The position numbers and the translations under genes were made by a program. A stretch of DNA of 62,413 nt, filler included, from Chiloscyllium plagiosum (Eukaryota), in assembly GCF_004010195.1 (NCBI RefSeq). It is 3 parts of one record of this genome, joined end to end, with 100 filler letters (N's around TTAATTAATTAA, not from the genome) between each part and the next. Parts side by side here need not be neighbours in the genome. Positions count along the whole stretch, not along the records: positions 54,160 to 62,413 come from NC_057710.1; 2 more parts are not named here. The stretch is one strand, 5' to 3'. Below the pieces are notes generated by a model. The model saw only the letters and a list, made by a program, of their open reading frames with translations. It was not told where the DNA came from and searched no databases. Numbering within the stretch: the first letter of the stretch is position 1; each line of letters opens with the position of its first letter. Positions 61,285-62,413 of the stretch are shown here, piece after piece.

Positions 61285-62413
61285 CTGTGCTGAGGGAGGA
61301 TATTCCTGGAAATACATCCAGGGAAGTTATTTGGGTGGAACTGAGAAATAAGAAAGGGATGGTCCCCTAATATTCACCTTATTGGGATTGTATTATAAAC
61401 CCCCTAATAGTCAGAGGGAAATTGAGAAACAAACTTGTAAGGAGATCTCAACTACCTGTAAGATTTTGGGCAGTTATTGTAGAGGATTTTAACTTTCCAA
61501 ACATAGACTGGGACTGCGACAGTGTTAAAGGTTTAGATGGAGAGGGATTTGTTAAGTGCGTACAAGACAATTTTCTGATTTAGTATGTGGATGTACCTAC
61601 TAGAGAAGGTGCAAAACTTGACCTACTCTTGGGAAATAAGGCAGGGCAGGTGACTGAGGTGTCGGTGGGGGAGCACTTTGGGGCCAGTGACCATAATTCT
61701 ATTCATTTTAAAATAGAAAAGAATGGAAAAGGATAGACCAGATCTAAAAGTTGAAGTTCTAAATCGGAGAAAGGCTAATTTTGACAGCATTTGGCAAGAA
61801 CTTTTGAAAGCTGATTGGAGGCAGATGTTCGCAGGTAAAGGACGGCTGGAAAATGGGAAGCCTTCAGAAATGAGATAACGAGAATCCAGAGAAAGTATAT
61901 TCCTATCTGGGTGAAAGGAAAGGCTAGTAGGTATAGGGAATGCTGGATGACTAAAGAAATTGAGGGTTTGGTTAAGAAAAAGAAGGAAGCATATGTCAGG
62001 TATAGACAGGATAGATCGAGTGAATCGTCAGAAGAGTATAAAGGAAGTAGGAATATACTTAAGAGGGACATCAGGAGGGCAAAAAGGGAACATGAGATAG
62101 CTTTAGCACATAGAATTAAGGAGAATCCAAAGGGTTTTTACTGATACATTAAGGACAAAAGGGTAACAAGGGAGAGAATAGGCCCCCTAAAAGATCAGCA
62201 AAGCTGCCTTTGTGTGGAGCCGCAGAAAATGGGGGAGATACTAAACACATATTTTGCATCAGTATTTACTGTGGAAAAGGATATGGAAGATATAGACTGT
62301 AGAGAAATAGATGGTGACATCTTGCAAAATGTCCAGATTAAAGAGGAGGAAGTGCTGGATGTCTTGAAATGGTTAAAAGTGGATAAATCCCCAGGACCTG
62401 ATCAGGTGTACCC
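61285..62413 (+). mobile_element. CR1 ORF2 (APE endonuclease C-half and linker), continues beyond the window
   Basis: IWVELRNKKG, DFNFPNIDW, PTREGAKLDLLLGN, GASDHNSI, CWMTKEIEGLVKKKKEAY, IKENPKGFY and DKSPGPD. Confidence 0.9.

Overview
Vertebrate genomic DNA, most likely from an elasmobranch (shark-type), inferred from HE1-like V-SINEs, DeuSINE remnants and abundant CR1 LINEs. The only host-gene sequence I can support is the last coding exon of zeta-sarcoglycan (SGCZ, + strand, 37617-37811), followed by a repeat-poor probable 3'UTR. The rest is intron or intergenic DNA dominated by decayed retroelements: CR1 (including a triple nest and a near full-length copy with an SGNH-esterase ORF1), Rex1/Babar LINEs, two Gypsy LTR elements (one with the Gmr1-like PR-IN-RT order), the 5' end of an L1-like element, SINEs and a tRNA-Val(AAC) pseudogene. 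The most notable signal is a set of at least four families of short Penelope-like (PLE) pseudo-LTR repeats. They carry minimal type I hammerhead ribozyme motifs (CUGANGA-N-stem II-GAAA-palindromic helix III-NUH), often as inverted or tandem pairs with 10-13 bp target-site duplications. One is physically joined to an open GIY-YIG endonuclease frame that the ORF track misses. There are three assembly gaps, two of which contain an artificial TTAATTAATTAA spacer. All calls come from reading the sequence by eye, and repeat boundaries are approximate.
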